Positions 46,201-53,631 of a DNA stretch of 64,000 bases are shown in pieces; within the stretch, counting starts at the first letter, position 1, and each line of letters starts with the position of its first letter. The notes below the pieces were generated by a model that saw only the letters and a list, made by a program, of their open reading frames with translations, ran no database searches and was not told where the DNA came from. Both the position numbers and the translations under genes were made by a program. Source of the stretch: a virus; the IMG/VR virus record IMGVR_UViG_3300028584_000320, positions 1,001 to 65,000 of that record; one strand, written 5' to 3'.

Positions 46201-49200
46201 GGAAGGCATGAGCAGCGCCGAGCAGGTCATGGTTCTGAACCAGCTGATGGAAGAAGAACTGGCTGCGATCGACGAAGAAGCCGCGTACCTGGAGAAGGGC
46301 ACGAAGGAAGCCAAGGCCTTTGCGGAAAAGAAAACCCGCAACGCGAAGGAGGTTTCGGCTGCGCCGAAAGCTACTAAGACCCAAGCCCCGAAAGTCACCC
46401 AGGGCGTTGATCTGCTTCGGATGGTTCGTGCTGCCAAGGCGTCTCCCGATCAGCTGAACCTCCTGAAAGAGGTTGCCAAATCGCTGGCCAAAAGCGGCTG
46501 GGAAGTGGTCGAAGGTACTGCAGATCAGCTGGCTCAATATGCCATTAGCAAGGGCCAAGAGCCCTACCGCGGTGAACCAGGTCAGACCATCAAGGGCTAT
46601 GCGTCTTTGGCTGAGCAGCGGATCTATGTGGCTTCAGGCGAGAGCGAAACGCTTCTCCATGAGCTGATCCACGCCTCGGTGTCCCAGACCATCCTGGCTC
46701 ACTATCAGGGCAATTCCACGCCTGAAGTGGCTGAGGCCATCAAGCGCATGGAGACCCTGAAGAATGAGTGGCTGGCTATGGATCGTCAGGCCCTGTCCGA
46801 GCTGACGCCCGGCCAGCGCCAAGCCTATCGTGATGCTGTCCACCAGATGACTCTGGAGGCCGGGCGTACCGATCGATCCAAGGAAGAGAACGAGGCTGCA
46901 GCCCTTGATGAGTTCCTGGCCTGGAACCTGTCCAACCAGGATCTGATCAAGGTTGCCCAGGGCACGAAAGTTGAGACACGCTTCGCTCGAGTGGTGAAGC
47001 GGGCAGTGGCTGCGCTCAGGTCGCTGATCTACGGCAAGGGCTCTGTGCGGGGCGGCAACTTCTACACCGCTCTGCGTTTCAACGCCGGCATCCTGATGAA
47101 CGCCAGTCCTACGCTGCAGAGCCGATCGGATCTGGTGTTCCGTGCCCAGCTGGCTGGCAACGCAACCCGTACTGATACGATCCTCAAGGGCCTACAAGCC
47201 AAGATCAATGTCTATCTGAACCAGCATTCGAACGAGACTATCAACGAGATGGTGTCCAAGGAGTTTGGTGCAGTTGCCGTTGATGTTGGGTTCGACCTGG
47301 CTCAGTCCTTCAGGAAGGCCGGCTTTGATATCTCTCATCAGGATGAGATCGCGTTTGCTTCGCTGGTCGCCGTGCTTGGAACCAACATGAAGCTGGATGC
47401 AGCTTCTCTTGGTCGGATCGGGGATCTGTATGCCCATGTGAACAAGATGATCTCGCCTACCGACTTCGTGACGGAGGAAGGCAACCAGGCCCAGGAGAGC
47501 ATCGGCAACACCAAGGTTCAGGCGCTCCGCGGTATTCTGAACGGTCAGTCGATCGAGCGCACAGACGCCTATGGGCGCTCGACCCTGATGCCGGCGTTTC
47601 TGGCTCTCGCCATGGTCAATGATGAGTTCCGGGCTGTGCTCTCGAAGATGGATCTGCCCAAGGCTGAAAAGCTTAAGGGCGATAGCGTCGACAACATTGC
47701 CCAGAACATTGGCAACAGTGCGATCGATAGCCTGTCTGAAATGGTGAGCGGAGAGGGCCGTAACCGTCCTGACGTCCGGTCGGCCATCGACACCCTGACC
47801 GAGCACCTGGCTAAGACCGTCAGCCGGGATGAGCGCATGGTTCTGCGGGCTACGGATCCCATCGCCAACATGATCGACAAGGCCAACGACAAGGTCGCTG
47901 CGGTAATGCAGTCAGGCGTGAAGAAGGCCTATGACAAGCTGGGTGATCTCGAGGCCGGAGCCACGGGTAAGAAGACCAAGGCGCTGCTCGAGGTCGCAAA
48001 GCTGATCGTGGCTCTGCCGAGCGAGGATCTGGGTAAAGGCGCCGGCGAAGGGTGGCTGTCTCTGGCCAACAAGTCGAATGCCTGGGAGCCGCTTCGGGCT
48101 GTCCTGAACGACCTGGTAGGCCGGTCGGAGAGCAATGCTCCTATCTTTGATCTGATCAAGCCGGTCCGTTCCTTTGTACAGGCTGTCCGCCAGCAGGCCC
48201 GGGAGTTTGTGCCTAACCTCATTGGTTCCAAGTTCAAGAAGCCCCTGGCCAAAGAGCAGTGGTCGCATGTGTTTAGCGGCCTGGCTCAGAGCGATCTGGC
48301 TGCCTTGAAATTGGGTCGTAAGGCTGAGGACGTGCTGCAGTTCCTGTCGGACGACACCAAGCGTAGTGCCGAGATCAGCCGTCTGGAGAAACAAATCGAA
48401 CAGCTGGTGGGCGCCGACACCTGGAAGGTGATGAAGCCCAAGGCTGAGCAGCTGGCCAAGTTCATGAACACCCGGGAGAAGGGCGTTCACCTCCTGCGTA
48501 ATGCCGAGGCTGTGGCGGGTCTTTATGGGCTGAAGCAAGGCTACGTCCCGATCGATGGCGTTGCTGCTAAAGTGGACCAGCTGGTGAGCTTGTACGCTGT
48601 CGACACGCTGCCGACCGACACCAGGGCGTCGTTGGCCTCTTTGGTTCAGGACGAGTCCGAGGGCATGGTCTACGCCCTGGAGTACATCGTCGGTCAGCGA
48701 GTGACGGAGCTGGCCAAGGCTTCAACGCCGAAGGCGAGAGCCAACCACTATAAAGGCTATGTGCCCTCGACCGCGGAACGAGGCGTTCAGCTGATCGTGG
48801 CTTCGGACAGCGAAAAGGTTCGTCTGGAGATGTTGGGGTTCTCTCGCAAGGGCGACTACAAAGGCAGCCGCTATGAGCGTCGTCAGGGTCTGGGCTACTA
48901 CTATGCGCCCCTGGCTAGCCGATCGACTTTCTCAGCCGGCGTGATGCAGAACGTCCGCCAGACGGCTTCCGGCGTGGATCCAGTGACGGGCTTCACACAC
49001 GATGGCCTGATGATTGCTGGCCGCATTGAGAGCCCTGCAGCTATCCGCCGCATCCAAGCTCAGATGGCCGTCCGAGGCATTGCTGAGACAGAAGGCCTGC
49101 TTCCGGTGTTCGGGGTCGACGGCTCTGTGGTCGCCTACGAACGTGGTGTGGATCCCCTCCAGGAGGAGCTTCTGAAGCGGGACAAGCATCTTGGCCGGAT

Positions 49201-50524
49201 GTTGGGTGTGTGGCGTGGTCGCCAGGCCGAAGAGGCTATTGCTCAGCAGTTCAACGAGCAGCTGGTGACCAGGCTGCAGACGATCTGGGAAGAGGGCAAA
49301 GGCAAGACCCGCGGAAACGAGTTCATCAATCTGTTCGACGCTGACGAGCAGAAGAAGGACCCAGTTATGGCTGATGCCATGAGCCTGCTCACGCCTGAGG
49401 CCCTTGAGCACATCAAGAACACCTTTGGTGCTGACGGCTTCATGGTTCGTCGGGACATGATAAACGACGCCATCGGCTACCGAGCGGCTTCGATTGGTGA
49501 TGCCTGGCACGGCACGACTCGCATTCCTGCAGCGGCCTCTGACGTGGTTCGCAAACTGGCTATCGGTGTGTGGGGCAAGGATGCCTATCGCAACCTGGTG
49601 GTGGCTGAGAAGCTGACCCAAAACCTGGTGAGCGAAGCCCGCCAGACCATCGTGGTTCGATCGGTTGTGGTGCCTGTGTCGAACCTGGTGGCCAACATCT
49701 ACCAGATGCTGTCCAGAGGTGTTCGCCTGGACCGCATCGCCAAGGACATGCCCAAGAAGCTGGCTGAGGTGAATGGCTACGTAAAGCGCCGTAAGCGCCT
49801 CCTGGAGCTGGAAGCCGACCTTCGTGCAGCCGGTGACAGCTCAGCCCGTGTTCGTCAGATCCAGACCGAGATGAAGATCATCAATGACACCGACAAGCGG
49901 ATGTCTATCTGGCCGTTGATTGCGGCCGGCGAGTTCTCGTCGATCTCTGAGGCCGGTAGCCTGGAGAAGGAGGAGCTCAGCCTCTATGAGGGCCGGCTGA
50001 CGGACTACATCGAGAGCAAGGTGGACAAGCTCCCCAAGGGTCTAAAGACCGCGGTTCGCTACGGTCTCGTGACCCAGGACACGGCGCTGTTCCAGGGCAT
50101 GGCCAGAGCCATGGAATACGGGGACTTCCTAGGTAAGGCTATTCGATACGATCACCTGATCGAGGAGAAGAGACTGTCTCAGGAAGAAGCCTTGGCTTCG
50201 ATCGGCGAAGAGTTCGTGAACTACGATCGCCTGCCTGGCCGAACCAGGGCCTACCTGGAGAACATGGGTCTTCTCTGGTTCTACAACTTCAAGATACGAA
50301 GCGTGAAGGTGGCTTTGGCTGCTATCCGAGAAAACCCTCTCCACGCCTTGCTGGTCTCGTTGATCCCGACTCCCCCGTTCATTGGATCGGTCGGGACCAT
50401 GCTGGGAGACAACGTGGTGGCCATGGCTGTCGATGGCAGCCTGCCTTGGTCCATCGGACCGGACATGGGCTTCAGGGCTCACGAGATGAACCCTACGGTT
50501 CAGCTTTTTGATCACGTCTTTTGA
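40217..50524 (+). CDS. virion-encapsidated RNA polymerase (N4 gp50, vRNAP)
   Basis: 3435 aa; GSGRL, motif A EADGMTNG, motif B RDVTKNPQTVIVYG, motif C VYDG; Pro/Glu/Lys linker. Confidence 0.96.
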   Translation: MADISALIAQSLGVVPSKQAEVSAAAEQKKQQLSGKTPAQAYLDAAARFKGQDVAGPDMSTGSAADIQRALLTESIASNQFYGDRSAERSEAETYGDIASGVGLGAVNSVLGIGALGLGVVSDELGTAAAEGISDFNKWGHDKQSAGLAAKRNAYGASNEVDMQDNAALYESDLAQYGAFQAGLNRMGRDAVDAGRNALEDPAILTDGIATGAGSLLVGGPASKALKAVGVAEKLAFPLAIGAMEGGGAYQGAVEASLAKGASRNDANAAGLIAAAVQAPVGAVTGKIVSKFETAPLKVSNLVEGLANIGRETLEEGLQSASGQFAQNVGVKVAVDPNQSLTEGVGEQTALGSLYGMGTAGVIQAPGLAGQAAVSGAKAAFNATVVPFMGREARIQEAAKAQSTEQANAAQAEVVAGAPTLRQELDALVGSSGSADAPKMAEYLNQFFDKVAFDPAEAANESPVVRAAVEGTNNRFDALKSVAAINDDPNASDQMKALAGAYLLKQYNEFKDLVHGGLNATVDKIDDNDPLLAKLREFEDTTLALASHPVIAPAMKAALEAAKSPAVAEQFSQASMEAPGGIEAAQQMAEAVTELTKSDPSSGNLEVLNTIRAHAVSGKIKLTPEQLSILTASSALIRGNAERVAAMKALGIKENARVSEEAQSLEANGDPDKEPVQSASAKAKAAIKAALSGDTELASLHLVDMRLLAEHFQNKVTAFNDNLASGRPDKKTGFTGIRKERRLAEAKWGPASPVWLNTGSETSIRLAQAAALDGKAIADMVNGLSEAFPDIAVKRVDPVALTVDPGLTKTAAEIMKERSRAKDKQPVQEAKPVEAPVQEKPQVDKPEPAKAEEEPAPVAEKPVKEEAPAKAEPALEKPVAEVVPDKKPAETAEKVAVEPEAKEAPFSKLIGAGKNRNWFINGFSAPDASLSRLVGMGDKVFSNIKAAVLSSTALANLTGKKNKAMGADLSASFGTVLGMSGSIVEVMEQRLAAFLSSTDIDKAREENPTQEWVGGRALNIVEVREDGTKGYNVELLQQAVLAGLSWLVQSQSRPLKGMDAEAVAEYAGKPVEQITPDMIDAFNSGVPLVQAAADMGAAITRFWGVKANDNAPEGLVKGVAEGVAKEIMAAMRHESVSLLDISPRTFADPVGQQDAESEDGAVEKSYQFVALKILGDTDTDKAGYRKAWRNMSTMPDAIEQAALVAPDPTRFVGAPSANVPKSQLRNSMVPLSDEQVEMVTNANQTAHMPNMPMVGLYKALGLDALRELFGAGLLDADVEAKTNVNTFRSMKGKNNSISGAFEAFESMVGSIELEAAELGKEAADVPVFFEHAVLGSGRLMVTGAYNPQASKLTREAWLPTRAVVDLTDPEMLTRFKLAVAQAWGEKVHKQSHEASGLVVDRMAQEDVSEVLAALDRFLDTGVMEDDFAQLMIEKFKGKQTAVALHASLEMARYFLASPEELKAFQTHLYVEADGMTNGPIMALYHLSEGSFTESWIELMSKGGLYLGAPGINARIFITGDKENELDVYNVSSTGTQANVAAAKKTYTGKVLRHSGLVDTLLKDLLKGASINDKGELEVGRDVTKNPQTVIVYGAGVAGVTNAVVKKIEEAFYAELTKAEQGLANNADDMIALVEELSSTFIGKSKDGEGFYVTLAREVNLPKDRSYTKYTLTKSQLKNLSGNVQFFFVSHMVKALEAVMDDTSKGRDALQQATAAQSLVMQHTFVKLISDKLATKSDDEAKNFLSKKEMREVERDLLKMFPLIKTDDQSFLAAKNAVSAVYSRARPGKDGKMPSRRRYFQFSRTLDGDLSSDALVRGPSNAGVAAIPMMVQGFGDALTIQKLTTGKDRPKRMLPVYDGIHFPLDTLKEDGTRANEAVYRAWQSNPLQAVSESFQGFLSNLSAKDASGEFSIGMSEELRMDLADLFLGKPRKGEPRRGMDPTEIQVELRLAGRRLANAARKSLARHRALARVQMSVDQMSSIEAAYEPNGKDLISLEGMSSAEQVMVLNQLMEEELAAIDEEAAYLEKGTKEAKAFAEKKTRNAKEVSAAPKATKTQAPKVTQGVDLLRMVRAAKASPDQLNLLKEVAKSLAKSGWEVVEGTADQLAQYAISKGQEPYRGEPGQTIKGYASLAEQRIYVASGESETLLHELIHASVSQTILAHYQGNSTPEVAEAIKRMETLKNEWLAMDRQALSELTPGQRQAYRDAVHQMTLEAGRTDRSKEENEAAALDEFLAWNLSNQDLIKVAQGTKVETRFARVVKRAVAALRSLIYGKGSVRGGNFYTALRFNAGILMNASPTLQSRSDLVFRAQLAGNATRTDTILKGLQAKINVYLNQHSNETINEMVSKEFGAVAVDVGFDLAQSFRKAGFDISHQDEIAFASLVAVLGTNMKLDAASLGRIGDLYAHVNKMISPTDFVTEEGNQAQESIGNTKVQALRGILNGQSIERTDAYGRSTLMPAFLALAMVNDEFRAVLSKMDLPKAEKLKGDSVDNIAQNIGNSAIDSLSEMVSGEGRNRPDVRSAIDTLTEHLAKTVSRDERMVLRATDPIANMIDKANDKVAAVMQSGVKKAYDKLGDLEAGATGKKTKALLEVAKLIVALPSEDLGKGAGEGWLSLANKSNAWEPLRAVLNDLVGRSESNAPIFDLIKPVRSFVQAVRQQAREFVPNLIGSKFKKPLAKEQWSHVFSGLAQSDLAALKLGRKAEDVLQFLSDDTKRSAEISRLEKQIEQLVGADTWKVMKPKAEQLAKFMNTREKGVHLLRNAEAVAGLYGLKQGYVPIDGVAAKVDQLVSLYAVDTLPTDTRASLASLVQDESEGMVYALEYIVGQRVTELAKASTPKARANHYKGYVPSTAERGVQLIVASDSEKVRLEMLGFSRKGDYKGSRYERRQGLGYYYAPLASRSTFSAGVMQNVRQTASGVDPVTGFTHDGLMIAGRIESPAAIRRIQAQMAVRGIAETEGLLPVFGVDGSVVAYERGVDPLQEELLKRDKHLGRMLGVWRGRQAEEAIAQQFNEQLVTRLQTIWEEGKGKTRGNEFINLFDADEQKKDPVMADAMSLLTPEALEHIKNTFGADGFMVRRDMINDAIGYRAASIGDAWHGTTRIPAAASDVVRKLAIGVWGKDAYRNLVVAEKLTQNLVSEARQTIVVRSVVVPVSNLVANIYQMLSRGVRLDRIAKDMPKKLAEVNGYVKRRKRLLELEADLRAAGDSSARVRQIQTEMKIINDTDKRMSIWPLIAAGEFSSISEAGSLEKEELSLYEGRLTDYIESKVDKLPKGLKTAVRYGLVTQDTALFQGMARAMEYGDFLGKAIRYDHLIEEKRLSQEEALASIGEEFVNYDRLPGRTRAYLENMGLLWFYNFKIRSVKVALAAIRENPLHALLVSLIPTPPFIGSVGTMLGDNVVAMAVDGSLPWSIGPDMGFRAHEMNPTVQLFDHVF

Positions 50525-50672
50525 AGACAGGCCGGAGCGCTAGAAATAGTGCTCCGGCTATGAGGGCGATCATGATTACGACCAGGATCACCTTGGCCAA
50601 AATGAAAATGGCCGCTGCCAGGATACCGGCAGCGGCCATAAACATCAGGGCCTTGAAGGCCAGTTTCGCCAT
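50493..50672 (-). CDS. small hydrophobic membrane protein (59 aa), 3' end overlapping vRNAP antisense
   Basis: MAKLAFKALMFMAAAGILAAAIFILAKVILVVIMIALIAGALFLALRPVFKRRDQKAEP. Confidence 0.55.
   Translation of the reverse strand: MAKLAFKALMFMAAAGILAAAIFILAKVILVVIMIALIAGALFLALRPVFKRRDQKAEP
50531..50558 (+). terminator. GAAA-tetraloop hairpin at the convergence of late and middle transcription
   Basis: GCCGGAGCGCTA-GAAA-TAGTGCTCCGGC; the one G.T pair works only on the plus RNA; no U-tract. Confidence 0.55.
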
Positions 50673-50675
50673 CAG

Positions 50676-51221
50676 TTAGGCGGCAGCTTCCGACGAGTCG
50701 TTCACCGGACGGCTCAGGCCGGCGAAGATCGAACGCTTCAGGGGCTGTGAGCCCTCGACGTCTTCCACGCCATCTTCGGCCGGCTCAGCGATTTCATCGC
50801 TGATGGCCACAGTGGGGTTGTTGCCGAACAGCGACTTGGGGGCACTGATGACAGCAGCTTCGCCCTCAGGCGACAGGGTCACTGCAGGAGCGACCTCATC
50901 TTCTTCAGTCTCGGCTTCAGCTTCGGCAGCGAGAGCAGCTTCAGCAGCCTTGCGGGTCACCCGGGGACGGAAGACAACCGGAGCTGCGGCCGTCTCAGTT
51001 ACCGGGGCTTGGGGAGCCGTCACCTGTTCAGCAGCAGGAGCCTGTACATTCTCGGCGCCGGCCTTGATGGGCGAGATGTCGATGTTGGCGATGAACCCAT
51101 CTTCCCCGCGGGTAGCGCGGATCTCCATGGTGATTTCCATGCCTTCCTTGACGGTGATCTGGCGTTCGATGTGGGCTCGGATCGCTTCTTGGATCTCGGA
51201 CTCAACGATAGTGATCTTCAT
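50676..51221 (-). CDS. conserved N4-like protein with acidic low-complexity tail
   Basis: MKI.I.E.EI.EAI..HI N-domain; KSLF/RSIF motifs echoing the SSB C-terminus. Confidence 0.75.
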   Translation of the reverse strand: MKITIVESEIQEAIRAHIERQITVKEGMEITMEIRATRGEDGFIANIDISPIKAGAENVQAPAAEQVTAPQAPVTETAAAPVVFRPRVTRKAAEAALAAEAEAETEEDEVAPAVTLSPEGEAAVISAPKSLFGNNPTVAISDEIAEPAEDGVEDVEGSQPLKRSIFAGLSRPVNDSSEAAA

Positions 51222-51238
51222 ACCTGTCTCCATTGGTT

Positions 51239-51667
51239 CTAACTTTGCAGACCATCACTGACGTATATGTCGGTGTTAGGTCCGATTAAGTGGACAGTTG
51301 CATCCACTCTTGGGTTGATGGTGTCAACCCCACCGAAGCGGAATGCGACGATAGGGAGGATCTTGCAGTTGTCGTCTTCAAGTTTGCCAGCGCTTACCAG
51401 GGTGTCGCTGAAGAACTTGTCGACCACAGTGCAGATGTTGGCGGTATCTACGAGCCCTTTGTCAGGCGTGAACAAGCTGTAGACGATCATGGCACGATCC
51501 AACTTAGGAAGGTGTTGAACCATGGGACTGACCCTTTCGGCAAATGCCTCTTTCGCCTTGTTTAGTGTCTGGTAGTGCTCGTTCCTGTAGACGTTAAGAT
51601 TGAGCTTCCACCACTTCTTGGCCGATATTTGGACGGCCAAGGGGAGTTTGATCGTCCACATAGACAT
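51239..51667 (-). CDS. rusA: RusA-like Holliday junction resolvase
   Basis: LNLNVYRN; D.AN...VDKF..D.LV..G.L.DDN. Confidence 0.8.
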   Translation of the reverse strand: MSMWTIKLPLAVQISAKKWWKLNLNVYRNEHYQTLNKAKEAFAERVSPMVQHLPKLDRAMIVYSLFTPDKGLVDTANICTVVDKFFSDTLVSAGKLEDDNCKILPIVAFRFGGVDTINPRVDATVHLIGPNTDIYVSDGLQS

Positions 51668-51694
51668 AGCCCCTGTAGAACTCTACAGGGGCTA
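51667..51694 (-). promoter_or_regulatory. perfect 12-bp hairpin occluding the rusA SD and the first base of the start codon
   Basis: TAGCCCCTGTAG-AGTT-CTACAGGGGCTA(TG). Confidence 0.7.
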
Positions 51695-51723
51695 CCCTAT
51701 ACTGCTCTTATGCTGCTGAGCAA

Positions 51724-52497
51724 CTAGGCGGCTTGAGCGCCGAACAGACTCTTGCGAGCAGTCGAAGCGCCGCTCGAGGCTGCGCCCGGGTGAACGCCGG
51801 CACGGGGACGACCCGATTGCACGCCTTCGCCGTCCTTGATGGAACGCTTGTCTTGGGTCTTGCCCTTGTTCTTCTCGAGCCAGACGTCGATGAACTCAGC
51901 GACCGGAACTTCGCCGGCAGCAGCCTTCTTGGCTTCGACGACGGTGACGCGCAAAGTGGGATGGAAGACCTTCTCGATGGTGTTTTCCTCGCGGGTCTCG
52001 GCAGTCGGAACGTAGGCCTCGCCGACCTTCTCGTTCTTGTTGACCAGGGTCTTCTTGATCGCGATTAGGACGTCCTTGCCGGTCAGCTCGGTCAGCACGG
52101 GCACCGACTTGGGCAGTTCCTTCTTGGCGTCGTAGTCGTAGATCTGGACGACCTTGTCTTCGGCGACCATGTCGGCCAGGACCTTGTCGGCGGACACCTG
52201 GCAGATGTCGTCGATCGTGGTGAAGCCAGGCAGGGCGACCTTCTTGGTCTTGTCGTCCTTGTTGAGGAAGAAGTTCTCACCCTTCTTGTTGGTGATGTAG
52301 ATCGTCTCGCGGTATTCGTTGCCGTCGGCCATGGCGATCAGCAGCGTCACATTGTGGGCGCCACCAGCCGATTGGCCGGCGTAGGCGACCTTGATCTTGC
52401 CAGCATAGACATCGGTTTCCCGACGGCCGCTGGCGCCACCGGCACGGTCTTCATTGTCTTCGAGACCGGCAGTGGTGAGGTTTTTGAACAGGCTCAT
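51724..52497 (-). CDS. single-stranded DNA-binding protein (N4SSB, gp45-like)
   Basis: MSLFKNL...EDR.GG start; YRETIYIT.K.GENF; KSLFG C-terminus. Confidence 0.85.
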   Translation of the reverse strand: MSLFKNLTTAGLEDNEDRAGGASGRRETDVYAGKIKVAYAGQSAGGAHNVTLLIAMADGNEYRETIYITNKKGENFFLNKDDKTKKVALPGFTTIDDICQVSADKVLADMVAEDKVVQIYDYDAKKELPKSVPVLTELTGKDVLIAIKKTLVNKNEKVGEAYVPTAETREENTIEKVFHPTLRVTVVEAKKAAAGEVPVAEFIDVWLEKNKGKTQDKRSIKDGEGVQSGRPRAGVHPGAASSGASTARKSLFGAQAA

Positions 52498-52548
52498 TTT
52501 TGGTTTCTTTCGTTTTCAGGATGTTGGTTCTATTGGCTTTTTTCTGTT

Positions 52549-53316
52549 TTAAGCTTTGTAGAACCTGTTGAGGTGGTCCAGCAGGACCATGGCATCATTG
52601 TCCATAAAGGTCTGTTCACGGGTGAACATTCCCATAGGAGAACGGATGCGTTCTCCGACCGTATCTTTGGTCGGTCGAGTCTGGAAGACGTGCTTGTAGC
52701 CCAACTCGCGATCATCTTCAGTGATGTTGAGGAGGTCTGACTTGTACGGATCCAGAGAGCGGATCTCCATTTTCTTGGTGGAGACCACGGTGGAGAAGTA
52801 GGCTTCCACACCGTTGTTGGCCAACGCCCCCTTGATAGGGACCGCGGTATCGTAACCCATGCTTCGCTCGTTATAAACGGACTTCGTATGGGCCATGATG
52901 ATGACGGGCTTGCCAAAGGCCACGATCTTCTTCTGCATCAGCGTCTTGAAGAACTGCTGATAGCTGCTCCAGCCCTTCATGGTGTCGCTTGCACCGATGA
53001 TGAACTGGGTCTCGAACATGTCCATGAGGAAGGTCAGGCTGTCGATAATGACGCCATTGGCCAGATCGAGATTGGCGGTTGCCTGGTCGAACGCATCCCA
53101 GACTTCGTAAGGGTCTTCGACGCGCAAGGACATGAAGCTGTTTCTGAAGGGCAGACGTTTGCCGGCTTCGGTATTCAGATAGGCCCACTTCTCCTGGTTC
53201 CGGATGTTCATCAAGCTGGCGCTCTTGCCAGTCGATGAGGAGCCAGAGATCAGGACCAGCTGGTCGTTGGTTTCGCCAGGTGCGTCTGCCTGGGTGTCAG
53301 TTTGACCGTCGGCCAT
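52549..53316 (-). CDS. AAA/P-loop ATPase (Sak4-like; N4 gp44-like)
   Basis: LISGSSSTGKS Walker A; VIIDSLT Walker B; IMAHT. Confidence 0.85.
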   Translation of the reverse strand: MADGQTDTQADAPGETNDQLVLISGSSSTGKSASLMNIRNQEKWAYLNTEAGKRLPFRNSFMSLRVEDPYEVWDAFDQATANLDLANGVIIDSLTFLMDMFETQFIIGASDTMKGWSSYQQFFKTLMQKKIVAFGKPVIIMAHTKSVYNERSMGYDTAVPIKGALANNGVEAYFSTVVSTKKMEIRSLDPYKSDLLNITEDDRELGYKHVFQTRPTKDTVGERIRSPMGMFTREQTFMDNDAMVLLDHLNRFYKA

Positions 53317-53317
53317 A

Positions 53318-53542
53318 TTAGGTTACTCCATGGAGGTACATGCCCACGTAGTAATTATCGTCTATCTGGCCATCAAGGTAGTGCTGGCCGTCGTTGCAGG
53401 GCACGAACAAGCCGTGCTTGTCATGAGCAACGGTAACGACAGCACCTTCACGTATGCAGGTAAAGTCGCCGTCTACTTCTATTTGGCTGCCTTCTTTGAC
53501 TTCATTAATTCTGGCGTAAGGTCGTCCGCTGACATCTTTCAT
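53318..53542 (-). CDS. hypothetical protein
   Basis: 74-aa ORF, VDGDFTC...LFVPC..GQHYLDGQ. Confidence 0.7.
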   Translation of the reverse strand: MKDVSGRPYARINEVKEGSQIEVDGDFTCIREGAVVTVAHDKHGLFVPCNDGQHYLDGQIDDNYYVGMYLHGVT

Positions 53543-53573
53543 CTGACTCTTTCAGTTTGTGGGATCTGCCGGC

Positions 53574-53614
53574 CCCAGACCCAAGAAAAAGACTGACTCT
53601 TTCCTGGGCCTGGG
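53574..53614 (-). other. 18-bp RNA hairpin with three G.U pairs
   Basis: CCCAGGCCCAGGAAAGAG-TCAGT-CTTTTTCTTGGGTCTGGG; all three non-Watson-Crick pairs are G.U on the transcribed strand. Confidence 0.75.
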
Positions 53615-53631
53615 TGCCATCAACAGCCTGG

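Noticed and set aside
40217-50524. 10.3-kb ORF as a novel giant protein
   Set aside because: It is the hallmark N4 virion RNA polymerase, which is well described.
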